A stretch of DNA of 64,000 nt from Antedon mediterranea (taxonomy: Eukaryota > Animalia > Echinodermata): positions 4,340,001-4,404,000 of the forward strand of contig NC_092674.1 of the NCBI RefSeq assembly GCF_964355755.1. Reading direction: 5' to 3'. The notes beneath the pieces were generated by a model. That model was not told the origin of the DNA and made no database searches. It saw only the letters and a list, made by a program, of their open reading frames with translations. The translations under genes and the position numbers were made by a program. Positions 49,951-63,548 of this stretch are shown here, piece by piece (positions within the stretch are counted from its first letter, which is position 1; the number at the start of each line of letters is the position of its first letter).

Positions 49951-52900
49951 CAGGGCCGTAACCAGGTTTGACGGCGGGGTGGATCGTTAAGTTGTTTAGT
50001 GGAACCCAGGGGCGGATCCAGGATATTGAAATAGGGATGGCGTAGCTTTGCGAAGCGAGCAAACATTGGCTGGGGGCCAGGGGGCCGCCAAGGGCCCCCG
50101 GTCGGGATCCAGGGGCCGACGGCCCCTGGAAATTTTGGCGTTCTAGGGCATTGTAAGTCGTTTAAAACGATTTACAAACATCTCATAATGTCATTTACCA
50201 AACACTCTAAAGCTCGCAAATTACGACATGTGGAATATGCAGCTGATACTTACCTAGGGTACCAAAAGCAAGCTAACAACTTGCCTGTACTTTACATCTA
50301 AATTTTTACAACGCGACGATGTTTTTCACCTTTTAGTATTAGCTGACGCCTTCGATTCGCGCGAACAAATTCGCCTAGTGGAAAATCGGCTTATTATAAA
50401 CTTGTCCTAGGCCGGTATTATTTTTGTACACGCGCGCCTGGTCGATCGCGGTCACTATACTTCGCATGCAGCTAAAGTAAAATGACGTCACGTTAAAGCG
50501 GGTCGTCACAGAGTCTCATGCATATTAATGAAGCAAACTTGCTGAGAGTGTTTTCACCACGCAACACATGCGACGCGAGATTTTTTTTGAAACTCAGAGC
50601 CATCGACTGACGGTCATGTTTTTGACAATTAAAATCACGGCATATTCAACGACCTGGTTTAAACGATCGTTTAAAAATTAGCGGTCCGGCTCGATTACAT
50701 TATATTTAGTGATTTGAAAAAAACAAAACACCTCTTTTGTCATGATGTCATCGCGATGTGTTTATGAGCACACTCGATTCACCAGGGACAAAAAGTAGTG
50801 AGCCCTCTATCGGCAGCGAATCGTTTTTGCACACGAGACAGCGTTGACAATTACCCGGAAGCAACTTTGTTTTGAAAAGTAAATCTTAGGTTTTTGCAAA
50901 CTGGCCAATTGGAACTTTTGGTTTTATTTACTAATGAATAATTCAAGAAAACCTTTGAAGAGGCATCTACGAACCACGTGATATTGTTTTTTAATCGACG
51001 AACCCATTATATTTGTGTGAAACAAGGGTGAATTACACCGATGTTTTTTAAACAATTTTAGGCTATTCGAATGTTAAAATGTTGTCTAATTTGTTGAGGC
51101 TGTAATAAAACAACGCAATTTTTTGAGAAGGTGGGTTTTATAGTTTCTGAATATTTGATTTTTCAATAGTAGTTAATAAAAAAATCTCGTTGGGGTTATT
51201 TTTTATTTTTTTTTAATGGCTGCTTAAACATGTGCCTTCTTGGGTATTTCACTATTGAAAATGGAACACATGGTTGTAGCTAAAATCATTTTTTACGCCA
51301 TAAGATAAAAAATGTGGTTTTGTAAATTAATAAGGGCAACATATAATATATAGGAAAGCTGTTTTAAATGATAAAACTCTACAAAGCCTCTTTGTTTTAT
51401 TTATAAATCAATATAGTCTAGGCCTAGTAATACAGTAGGAGAGCCAGGCTTTAGCCTATAATAGTGGGGTAGTGCGTGCATTATTGGCGCGTGTTCATTG
51501 TCAGGCGCGCGTTGTTTATAGGCCTAAGAAAATAAGAATAAATATACACATATAATTAAATAATGATTATTATTAATTGAATGTTTTGTGTTTTTTTTAC
51601 AGACCCCAGAGGATTGTTCTACATACTTCAATACAAATAGCATTAAATCAACAACAATTTCTTATGAGTCATATTAATTTACCTCTGGCATATAATGTGA
51701 AAAAGCACTATTAATACTGTAATTATTGATATTTATAGATGTATTGCCAAAGAGACATTTATTTTTTAAAAACTTTAACTTATCCTAATTTACTTATTTA
51801 AAGGTTCAAATGGCGGTTGGTTGTTGTGCAGTAGTTTAATAAAGTTTAAATGTACATTTCAAATCGGCAAATAAATAATGATAATAGGCCTACTACAGTA
51901 ATAGTAAATCTTTTGAAGATTAGGCTTAGTACAAAAAATGTTAGCTAAGTTCATGTAGAAAACTTGTTGTCTGATTTTTAAGGTGCAATTTGTGATAATA
52001 TTAAAAGTTAAAATGTTAATTGGTGTGTATTTGTATTTCATTTATTGCTCCATTATTATAATAAAATAAAAAGCAGGGAACCGTGAAATTTCATTTTAGC
52101 TCCGATAAAAAGTAAACATTTTCAGCATATACTTAAATCAATCATATGTTAGTGAAAGGTGACATTAACAGATTTATTATGAGATTACTAGTAAGCCTAT
52201 TCATAAAAATATGACATTATATACTGTGTACATTAATTAATTAGCCTAGGCCTAACTAATTGACTGATTTTTCAGTATTTTACCAAGTCAGCCGTTCAAG
52301 CATGCAAACAGTCCCCACTTCACACTAATCTTCATAATTATAAAAAAAATGAAAGTTGAGCACTTTATTTTAAAATTTATATGCCCATATTATAAGATTC
52401 TGCATCATCCACTTAACAAGAACTAAAATTGAGAGCACAGTGATGGAGCGCATTTTCCGTCGTTCTCGTCGCCTAAGGAAACGAGTATTCCAGCCTTGCC
52501 GCGTCTTCCTAGGCCTACGCGCACCGCACTTTCGCTCAAAATACACTATCTTCAACTCCTTATAGAATTTGTTTGAAAAATAACCCCAAGCTTATATTTG
52601 GAAATCTTTGAAAATGCATATAAGACTATATTATAGCGTTTTCAGAATTTCATTTAAAAATTGCAAATTAATGTTAGCTATTTTAACAAATTAGTTAGTT
52701 TTCACTTTTTTGTTTTCGCCGTATGACTCGCTTTGTTTACGTTTACACTTGGCTTAGACGTTTATCTTAGAATTCAAATAAATTAATCCATAATCAACTA
52801 AAATTGCTATTGTTGTGGTTTTTGTTTAATATAAATGTTCTTTATTAACAGAAATAAATCAAACAACAATATAATTTAATATAAACCCGTTAAAAAGGAA

Positions 52901-54352
52901 ATTTAGACAGCCTATAAAACACGGACTTCAGAACTCGCGTCGCTCGAAATGCTCGTTAACTTTCTATTTATAGCCAATCGAAAAAGGCTCCGGCTAACTT
53001 AAACAATGAAAACGGCTCTCGGAACACTTAATGTCCCATTTTCGCTGTTTGACGTGGATGTGTGAGAATCATCGACGGGAAAGCAAATAAAACAACAAGG
53101 GTCATGAAATGCTGCAGCATTGTTAATATTTTAATAGTAATACGTTTTAATCAAATTTAGCCCTAACGGAATAATTTTCATAGGCACTATACAGTCCTAG
53201 CCTTTGTTTTTATTGTACTTAATAAATGGGCGCGTAGTATAGTAGCACTGACCATGTGGCTTCATCAACTCTATTGATCGTCTGAGGTACCGCTACTCTA
53301 CAATACGGGAGTGACGATCACAAAGGATGCCGACCTGCTTAGTGGAACGCGACCAAGCTCACCACGTGGCTTTTATCAACTTGCTCCTTTTACACTTAAC
53401 TGTGAATGATCGTTGGTAACGCTAGAGATTGATAGTACACAAGATGTCGACGTACATGCTTGGTGGAATGCGATCAAGCTGACGATGTGCTCCGACGTAC
53501 TATTTTCACTATGAAAATGTGCAAACAATCGGTGATTGATGACCGTCGAAACGATACGTGTTTTTGAAATCTATTTAATTTTTTTTTTAAATACACCCCC
53601 GCTAGATCCGCCACTGGAACCATACCTCGAATTTTTTGTCTCTATAGGCCTATGGCCGCAAATCGCATTTCCGGCTATTCTCTTTTGTTTATGAACTATA
53701 TTGTTGGTGTAATTTCCAGCCCACAAATTTCAATTGCCGACCTTAATATTGCCGACCTTATATTGTCAGAGGACGGCATTCTCTTGCCGACCGAAATTAG
53801 GCTAGATCCCTCCTCCTTTCAAGCCTCCTAGCAACAACATGGTACATTAGGGATCGTATCATTGAGACTTTAACAGGCATATTCACCATCATGTGGTGTT
53901 TAGGTAAAAAACCATGGAATTAAGATGATCCCTGAATTCACTCAACCATTGCATCTTGCACTTGCGCGCCTGTGAGCTGCATGCTTTCTCTATAAGAAGC
54001 AGCTGGCTGGGCATGTCACACACGCGCGCGGAGACCTGTGTAGGGGAATACCCTGTTATGTCAACCAAATAACAACTATGCTCTGTGTACAGCTCGCTAG
54101 CTCCAGAACCACGATGTTCAGCAGTTATCAAATAGAACTTATCTTGTAAATTTTAGTGTTAGGTTTTTATATTTTAGTTAAAATATATATATATATTAAT
54201 TAAATTTATTAAGGCTTGACTAGGCCTGTAGTGAACAATCGTCGTGTTGTGTTAGTATGCCCAGCAAAAAAAAAGTGGGAGGCCAAGCGGAACTCGCTGT
54301 TCAGCGGGGGGGATCGTACGATCCCCCCGATCCCCCCCTGGTTACGGGCCTG
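49951..54352. mobile_element. Outer hAT-like TIR element with 5-bp TSD (attac)
   Basis: attac|cagggccgtaaccagg ... cctggttacgggcctg|attac. Confidence 0.8.
50007..53616. mobile_element. Inner nested hAT-like TIR element with 5-bp TSD (gaacc)
   Basis: gaacc|caggggcggatccag ... ctagatccgccactg|gaacc; no intact transposase ORF in the ORF track. Confidence 0.8.
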
Positions 54353-54476
54353 ATTACTATGTAAACTTTACTGTAGGCATGTGATGTGTCCAAAGTGGTG
54401 CATGTGGTGGTTCAGACTGATTATTTCGATCTTCAAGGATACGTCGTACTCCCCACCTTCATTTTTTTATAACGTA

Positions 54477-54632
54477 AGCTTTGTCTACACTATCAAACTA
54501 GTTTGACAAAAAAGTGTGATGTGTCCAAATATGGTAGTGATGTTCAAATATGGCGGTGATATGACATCATCATGTCCATATATTGGCACATCACATTTTT
54601 TTGTCACAAAGTTTGATAGTGTAGACAGAGCT
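54477..54632. mobile_element. MITE family 1
   Basis: Both TIRs present. Confidence 0.85.
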
Positions 54633-55325
54633 TTAAACAAATATTAATTCTCTGAATATATTATTGTTCTTGCAAGTAACTGCAATTAGCGGAGAAATTT
54701 GAATAATTGCTACAATAATTCTATCACTATAACAGGTATGAAATGTTAGCTATTAAACTGTGAAGCTAATAAGTTTTGCATTTCAATGCGATATAAACGC
54801 AAAGCTTTCACCAAAATACTGTCTAGATGTTGACCTTTATTGACCTTTCAACGAAGTAATACAAATTAAATTTTGATGTTGATTTTTCCACTAAATAGAT
54901 CACTGTATGTGAATTTAAGTGTAATAATTAAATAGATATTAATTTATCAAGATTTGTCTTTCATGGCAATTTCTATCGACTACTGAAGATCCTTGATGCA
55001 AAATTTAATGAATTTAAAATCATTAATTGTTTTAGACACACTCTAGAACTAATGCAATGCAAACACTGTGATACCCTGTACTACTGTAGCAGTTTCCCAT
55101 CCAATGAACGGGCATCTATCTCTCTGATTGGTCTCGGAAAGGAATAGCACCAAACTACCCCGACATTTAGTAGATGGACCTTTCCTTCATTGGTCACCAG
55201 TAAATATATTAATTTGAGATTGGGTTTTATGATATTTTTTCTGTCCCTTTAAGAAACGAACAACTCAAAATTGTATTGAAAAAGATTACTACTGTATTTT
55301 TATTTTAAAAATTGGGATAAAAAAA

Positions 55326-55635
55326 CAGGAAAATCCCATCCTGATATATAAATAGGAAAATTCCATCCTGATATATAAATAGGAAAATCCCATCCTGATA
55401 TATAAATAGGAAAATCCTATCCTGATATATTATAGGAAAATCCCATCCTGATATAAATAGAAAAATTCCATCCTGATATATAAATAGGAAAATTCCATCC
55501 TGATATATAAATAGGAAAATCCTATCCTGATATATTATAGGAAAATCCCATCCTGATATAAATAGAAAAATCCCACCTTGATATATTAATTGGAAAATCC
55601 CATCCTAATATATAAATAGGAAAATCCCATCCTAT
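55326..55635. repeat. ~25-28-bp minisatellite, about 11 copies
   Basis: ataggaaaatcccatcctgatatataa repeated. Confidence 0.92.
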
Positions 55636-55690
55636 AAATAGTTTAAATAGCCTTCAAGTTTAAAAGAAATGAAATAAACTGTATAAATAC

Positions 55691-55782
55691 CTTTAATTTC
55701 TGGAGGACTGGAACACTATTGACGTCATTCACATTATCAAGTTTCTTTAACAATATTGTGTGCACTTCATCCGTTACTAAAC
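55691..55782 (-). CDS. TBC1D1: TBC1D1/4-like exon
   Basis: GLVTDEVHTILLKKL...VLQKLK; AG/GT bounded, phase 1-0 fits both neighbours. Confidence 0.75.
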
Positions 55783-57362
55783 CTACAATTACAGAAGGAG
55801 AATCAAATTAGCATTCTTTCATTATCATTGGACAACATTATGATTCCATCCTCACTTTCAATGTCATCACACTGTCTATAAATAAACATTCATTACAATT
55901 ACCAAATTTAGGTCATGTGTTGATAAATTATATCTAATGTTAGTTATCAATATTATATAGCATGACATTTGATCACTGGGCTTAATATTCAGAAGTCACC
56001 CAGATGTTTTTAAAATTTACAGTTATGGTTTTACCATAATTCATAATGAACTACAGTTAAAGCATCATTTGAAAATGTATTTTAATATATTATTATTATT
56101 ACTTAGACAATTCTTTGAAATATTTATATCATTATTGTCATGGCATAATCAACATGATTTTTAATAAAGGGGACTCAAACACTGTCTACTTACTACAGTA
56201 CTCTCAGTACCATAATTATTATACAAATGAATTCCAAATATTCCAGAACATTTAGTTGTTTGGTCCTGAAGGTGTCCCCTTAATGGGAGTTGTACTGTTA
56301 TAGTACAGTAATAGTACATGTACTTTTTTAGACCTAATTTGGCAGTGCTATTGTATTCTAAAATATATTCCAAATATTCTAGTACATTCAGTACAGTTGT
56401 ACTGTACTGTTGTTGGGTCCTGAAGGTGTCCCTTAATAGGAGTTGTACAGTTTTATAGTCTTGTACTTTTTATACCCTAATTTGGCAGTGCTAAAGTTTA
56501 TTCATAATAGTAATACTGGCCCTTTTTTTTTAAATACTCAAAATTCTCAAACAAATCCCTGCCAACAACATAATGGTATGTTTATTTATTTTATGTATAA
56601 ATCAGTCTGACATGTCCAGGAGTTTCATCATTAGCATACAATACAGCATCACACAAAAGCTCGCTCACAAATCATACATAGTCATACATAGTCATACAGT
56701 ATATTACTTTTGATCAAAACATAACATTTGTTGCTCTAAATTAGCTTCAAGTCTGTAGTTATTGTCTTCTGTTAGTTCACCAGTCAGCGTTTCAATTTTT
56801 GTCTGTTCAAGCTCAAATATTATACATATGAAACGCCATATGTGCCAAAATATATTTTATATGTTTTATTTTAAAAGGTCGAAAAACCTAGAACCTAGAC
56901 TGTTCAAGATTGTATTTGATCAAACTTCAGTATAAATGTATATGTATTCCCTAAGTGTAAAAACAGTTAATCCAAAGTATAAACAGCTTTAATAGGAAAT
57001 AAATATTTTCATTAAATCTGTAAATTGTAATTTCATATGAAGTCTTTGGAGAGAAATTCCGTAAACTACAGTATACTATGATTTCTTCTTGCGCATTTAT
57101 GAATTTTTAAATATGTACTATATACAATTGATTAACCCTACATTCATCGAATCTCTTGTTACTGTAATCTAACAGCAGCAAACTGAGCTCGTCTTGATAG
57201 GATCTTAGGTCTGGCTGTGACAAATACCAACAGTACTGTACAATGTACATATTTTCTGCGGTGTGCAACTGATTGTGTCGCAGCCACAGATAAACCCTTT
57301 GATCTCAGGAGCTCAGCATCCTGTTTTTAGATTGCCTTGTTACTGTAGTGTCTAACACGTAC

Positions 57363-57486
57363 CATCCAGCTCTTGCGATAACTTGTGCAGTTTGTGCATT
57401 GGGCAGGTTTCGCAAACGATATGTGTCTTGATATTGTTCATGGCCGCTTGAAAACTCTGCTTCAAAGTAATTAGGATTTCACCAAC
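57363..57486 (-). CDS. TBC1D1: TBC1D1/4-like exon
   Basis: VGEILITLKQSF...CETCPMHKLHKL resembles EIMxTLKQAF...CExCPxxxLHKL of the family; phase 0-1. Confidence 0.9.
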
Positions 57487-58539
57487 CTTTAAAAACAAAA
57501 ATGAATACAAGTTTAATAATAAAAGTCATAATACATGCCAACATCTAAAGTTAAAAAAATGAGGTGGTTGTTTTTGAGGTCTGGAATCAGATTTCTAGAA
57601 GGTGTCCGCATCCAACACCGGCCTCTATCTATTATTAAGACAAGGAAAGACAAGGAGTGCAGTGTGAAAAATTTCAATAAACTATGACCGCAGATGGTCG
57701 CACAATGACTCTTCGAGGAGAAAGGGCTATTGTTGGTTTATCCAGGTAAGCTATGCACGAAATAGACTCTTTTGTTTTTTATCTTTTTGTTATATTTTTA
57801 TTGAACGAAAAACAACAATAATGCATCAAAGTCATTAATTAATCTTCGTTTCAGGAGAAAAAGTTGAAAACCGGGAGCATGCAGCGGGAAACAAATAAAA
57901 AATATGGGAGTCTCCCAGAGTTGTTAAGTTATATTGTTTACAGTCTTCAATCTGCAATGGAAAACCCCTTTAACGGTAAACATAATTACAGTCAGTCAAT
58001 ACTAATTTCAATTCACATTATTTATAATTGTCATTCGATTTAATTCAATTGTGAACAAATTAAATGAAAACCAAGAAATATAACGGGTGAATGAAAATAG
58101 GTTAAATCAATAAAATATTAGCTTCGTTTAGAAACACAGTAACATCAAAATAAACTGGATACAAATGGTCAATAATCAAATGTAGCTTTTGTAGACAAGA
58201 AAAAAACAATTGTGATGGACAACATCTGGATTTTAAACTAAATGACATTTATTTATTTTATAAGAGAATGGCATTTACTGAAGGGTGAAAGGTTAGGGCA
58301 ATAACATGGCTACTCTTGTTTAGTTAAATGAAACAGTAATAACTGCATGCTAAGTTTTCCTTGGCAAAAGTTCATATTACTCTTATGTAGTTTGTCAATA
58401 AAAGTAGGTTAATTCACGAATCAATGGATTTGAAATGAACCAATCTTTGATGAAAACTAGAGTAGAATCTAATATTATTGTATGACATTTACTAGTTAGT
58501 ATGTCATTGAGAATAGCTGTTATAGCATAGCATAATATT

Positions 58540-58960
58540 CAGAGTTGATCATGATGAAATAGCTCACAATGTGAACATGCAACTTTGTAAGACCGATGTG
58601 CCAAGATGGTATACATTAGCACAGAACTGGTTTAACAAGCCCATAGCCAGCTAGCCTGAAGTTTCCCTTAAACTTAAGACTGGCAGCACTAACTAGCCTT
58701 GCTCATGATGAGCTGTAAGTTCACATTAAAAGTTGATCATGATCAACTTACTTGCAGTGTGAACATAAGGCACCATAGTGAGGTAAACTGATGTGCCAAG
58801 TTAAACATGGTATACAGTAGCACAAATTAACTGGTTTAACATGCCCATACCCAGCTACAGTAGCTTTTCCCTTTCCAGCTTAAGACTAGCAGCACTAACT
58901 ACTGTAGCCTTGCTCATGATGAGCTATAAGTTTACATTAAAACTTGATTATGATCAACTA
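58540..58960. repeat. Diverged tandem duplication of ~190-210 bp
   Basis: gttgatcatgat..gatgtgccaag..ctggtttaac..cttaagact..gccttgctcatgatgagct occurs twice, plus the start of a third unit. Confidence 0.75.
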
Positions 58961-59043
58961 ACAATGCTTGTGAGCACACAGCACCATTCTTTATAATGTC
59001 TTAAGCATTTTAATAACTGTTTAAACATGATATTCATACTTAC

Positions 59044-59133
59044 AACAGGCTCTGACTGGCACTTAAACACATAACACATGTAACTGCCTTTTTCTCTACA
59101 GATGAAACCAAAATATGCTGGATGTTTTATTCC
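59044..59133 (-). CDS. TBC1D1: TBC1D1/4-like exon (PTB domain)
   Basis: GIKHPAYFGFICREKGSYMCYVFKCQSEPV; AG/GT bounded, 90 nt, phase 0-0. Confidence 0.9.
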
Positions 59134-59518
59134 CTATAAGAACAAAGTTATCAGATGTAAATGTCATGTCATGATAACAATATTAATTTAATCCTTGTTT
59201 TTCTTTCTTTTTCAATAGATTCACTATCTACAGTATGTGCTACATTTGAATATTTTTCAAATAGTGTTTTTTTAGTTAATTTAAATTAACATTTGAGAGT
59301 AATAAAGTTGTTCATCAAACATGGAGATTGATACTCTAGAGTTGTAGTAAAAAATGTTGCATTTAATAAAAAGTGAGATTTTGCATCAGAATGGTAAACG
59401 AAAGGAGACGGTAATTGATACAAAATTCAAAACTGCGCATGTGTATTAGTCAAGTCCACTCCATTCATCATTATCGGGATTTATTTGGTCTGAAAACCAG
59501 ACAGGGCATACTTTATTA

Positions 59519-59777
59519 GGGCCTGTTTCTGCTGCATAAAAATAACCGGTTAAAATCGGTGTGAATAAATTAACTCCATTTTTTTGGGAGCAGAAACAGG
59601 ACAATTTTGTGGTAACCGGTTAAAAGGCAGTGCAAAATAACCAGTTAAAAACACCTATTCAATCCATTGATTTAACTGGTTATTTCGGAGCACAAATTGA
59701 GAAGAAACGCGATCTTGTTACTTTTAATCCATTTTAAAATAAACAGTTAATTTGCATTATGCAGCAGAAACAGACCC
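59519..59777. mobile_element. Harbinger/Tourist-like MITE, second family
   Basis: tta|gggcctgtttctgctgcataa ... ttatgcagcagaaacagaccc|tta; 21-bp TIR and TTA TSD. Confidence 0.8.
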
Positions 59778-60657
59778 TTAGTCAAAAAATATATCTGTTT
59801 TGATATTAACTGTAGATCATTAATAATCTGCAAATACTACTATTGTTTCCTTTGATGACAATACAAGTCTACTAACATTGTGTATACAGTAATATGGGCG
59901 TTTCCTATCCATTTCATTACTTCCTATACTGTAAAAGGTGCAGTTATTAAATAATTTATCAGTAAAAACATGTCTTGTCGTGATAAATTGTTTAACCAAA
60001 CAAAAACATGTTTGTGATAATTAAAAGATACTAATAAAAAAAACTATATTCAAGGACAAGGATTGGCGCAGTGCAGTAGATGCAAACTCCTTTATACAGA
60101 GGAACTCGGCAACAAAATTATTCATGTACTGTATGTCCTATTTAGCCTACTGTAGTCTGTACAGTATTTGAGACCAAAAGACAATAAGTATACAACGGTG
60201 CCCAAGCATCACTTTGCTCAGCTCAGGGCCTTGTTTGTACACAATATTATTCACAGAACTACTGTACTATTAATTATTATACTGTACACTTTAATTAATA
60301 ATCACAGCAGTGTACATTATTTAAAACTGTATATAATATTTCTATAAACATAAAACTATTATGTACAGTACTGTACATATTATATTGTCTGAACAAACAA
60401 AGGCTCTTATCATACTTGTGTCTTTCTTATCAGAAAAATGTTTTGGTCCTTATGAACTTTGTGGTTTATCATTCTGCAAAACAAATCATAGCCACAACAA
60501 CTGTTATGTTACTTAAAAAGTTCAGTGACTCAATCATCAGACAACAACATGTCAGACACAATAAACTCCTACTTATACATTTGTTACTGTACTTATGGTT
60601 TTCCTATTCAAAAAATTATATTAATGCAAATGATAAGGCGATACCTTCGCAACCTAA

Positions 60658-60805
60658 AGCCCCTGTCTACACTATCAAACTTTATGTGGCAAAAATGTGC
60701 CCATATGGACATGATGATGTCATATCACCACCATATTTGGGCATATCAATACGATATTTGGGCACATAACCCTTTTTTTTTATCAGACTAGCTTGATAGT
60801 GTAGA
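60658..60805. mobile_element. MITE family 1
   Basis: Left TIR intact, right TIR truncated. Confidence 0.8.
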
Positions 60806-61577
60806 ACCACCAGAAATTTTTCCCAAATACTGTGTGCTAACCGTATTGTTAATTCCTATTGTTTATTTTGTTTTTATAGGCGTCTCAAATAGGGATTTGA
60901 TTTTTATTGTATACGAAGTGTTTATATGAAAAACCAGTATAATGTACTATTACATTGTCGGTATCCGTAAAAGGAGTGATGTGTATTTTGTTTTTATTAT
61001 AGGTTTTTTAAATTTTATTTATCTGTTTTGTATATCTCAGAGCAAACATAATTTCTATGTATATTTATGCAAATGACAATAAAATAATTTTCCACCGATG
61101 AATACAATTATAAGGAAAATGTTCACCAAAGCCCTAAACAGTATGTTTCTTTTTAAATCAAATTACTGTTCTTGAAATAAGTAAAAAAAAAAAAATGTTT
61201 TCTTGCCAACAGAGAATTTTAATCAGAAAACGTGTTTGATAATCAACAAAATTAAAAGATGAACTGAAAATGAACTAATACAATATAGCTTTGGGTTATT
61301 TGTATGTAGAAACATACAGGTAATCACACTACTTTGTATGCTACATTACTGGTAACCTAGGTTTCATGTCGCCATCTGTCACTTTCAATTAAAATTTAAT
61401 AATTTATACCTTCTCAATTAAAGTACTATGTGTCCACACACACACATTTGTTTAAGGTGATGGTGATCCTAAAAACAAAATAAAAATATTTTTGTCCACA
61501 CAAGCATTTCAAAGTGATGGTAATGACAAAGTTAAAATTATTACTTTTTTATTGTTGTGTTAAATGACCTTGCCAAC

Positions 61578-61857
61578 TCCAAATATAGACATGATGATGT
61601 CATATCACTACCATATTTAAGCCTATCACTACCATATTTGGGCACATCACACATTTTTTGTCAAACTAGTTTGATAGTGTAGACAAGGCTTTAAGATCTG
61701 TCTACACACTATCAAACTAGTTTGACAAAAAAGTGTACAGTAATGTGACCAAATATGGTAGTAATATGCGTACTGTAAATATAGTAGTGATATGACATCA
61801 TCATGTCCATATATGGGCACACTAAATTTATTTGCCACATAAAGTGTAGACAGAGCT
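61578..61857. mobile_element. Two adjacent, oppositely oriented MITE family 1 copies
   Basis: ...gtgtagacaaggct|tta|agatctgtctacac...; the copies are separated by only tta. Confidence 0.8.
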
Positions 61858-62777
61858 TTATTCAGCAACAGACACCACTACTAAAGGGACTCTTTCTTGT
61901 GAGAAAAATGGGGGGTGGGAGGGCAATATGTTTTAACACTACCACCAATTCCTACAGTACTTAGGGACAATATACTGTATGTACAACAGTGCAGTACATT
62001 TCTATAGTTAACACATTGTTGGGAATAGGGTGTTCTACTGGACACACTAAATAAGCCTGCAATGTCAAAACTGACTGATTACAATTACTAAAGTTCTTCT
62101 CTATACGTATTATATTGATGCTAGAAATGAGTAATGGTTAGTTAAAGATGCAGAATCTAACCCAAAGGCATCGTAAAGAGCAGAGACTGAGTCGGTTTTG
62201 AATGAAGAAGATCGCTGAAAATCAATAACGATAATGAATATGTTGACGTGAATGCCAATGGTAATTAGTCTATGGGCATGCATTTCAAGGCACGTAATCA
62301 AAAAAGTTGTCATGCGCTTATTTGTGGGTGGTGTCGTGCAAAAAAAAGGAATATAAATTAAATAATAAGTAAATTAATTTAAACTGTATTCTAATCTGAA
62401 AAAAAGTCGTGCAAGCAGGAACTATTGTACATTGCAAACAGAGTACTGTACATTGTGTGTCATAGTTCATAGTTCATAGTTCATGTGCATACGGTAGTTC
62501 ATATGTATACAGTTAGAATTATAACGTACAGTATATTTAAATACACTGATTACTTTTCATTGGCAATACTAACTTAATATATACTGTATATACTATAATA
62601 TACTGTATAGTGTTAGTTATAAAACCATGATATGATAAATTGATAGTGATACTATGTATGAAATGAATGAAGTTATGCAATGCAATATGCATATTATTAA
62701 GAACAGATCTAGAATTTTTTAATTGAATTTATTTGTCCATCCACCAGCAATTAACTATTATTAAACCTTGTTTTAAT

Positions 62778-62959
62778 ACACCATCAAACTTTATGTGACA
62801 AAAAATGTGATATGCCCATATATGGACATGATGATGTAATCATTACAAAAAAATGATACCATATTTGGGCATATCACTACCATATTTGGCCATATCACTA
62901 CCAAATTTGGGCACATCACACTTTCTTTGTCAAACTAGTTTGATAGTGTAGACAGAGCT
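62778..62959. mobile_element. MITE family 1 with extra internal sub-repeat
   Basis: Right TIR intact; three taccatatttgg-like units. Confidence 0.8.
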
Positions 62960-63548
62960 TTAAAAAGAAGATGAGACTGAAGTTTTCATCGATTATTTAA
63001 AGTTTTTTTATGTTGTCAAATTGTATGCTATTTGATTTACAGTATAAGAGGTTAAAGGTTACTGCTGCGATGCGATTTATTAATATTATTAGGCTAAACT
63101 AATTAAACAAGAGAGAGTGCATGTCTACGGTTGAGTAAGCTCGTTGACGAGGTAGTCAATATAAAGATGTCATTACCTACCTACAATGCAGTAGGTGTGA
63201 AATATAAGAGAAAGTCTACAGCTACTGTACAGTAGTGTTGTAAGTAGCTGCATACAGTTCACATACTGTCAAATATCGGCAATGGGGTTTAATTTTTTTT
63301 AAGACGTTAGTAGGGTACAGTACTACCCATCAATACAGTATGTCATACCTCATGGAAGTGAACTCCCACATTGAAGAAATTTGGGTCAGTGGTTTTACCG
63401 GATTACCAAATTATAATTTATAGGGGGCTGGCACAAAATACATCTTAAACTTGAGGATAAATTCCACCTGGGTGCTTTTACCTGTATATGCTCAAGAGAG
63501 GTTTCCACTGAATAGTAGACTCCCCAACCTCCAAAAAGTATTATTTAC

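Noticed and set aside
52370-52555. Arg-rich ORF as a transposase fragment
   Set aside because: It is short, has a non-ATG start and has no recognisable transposase motif.
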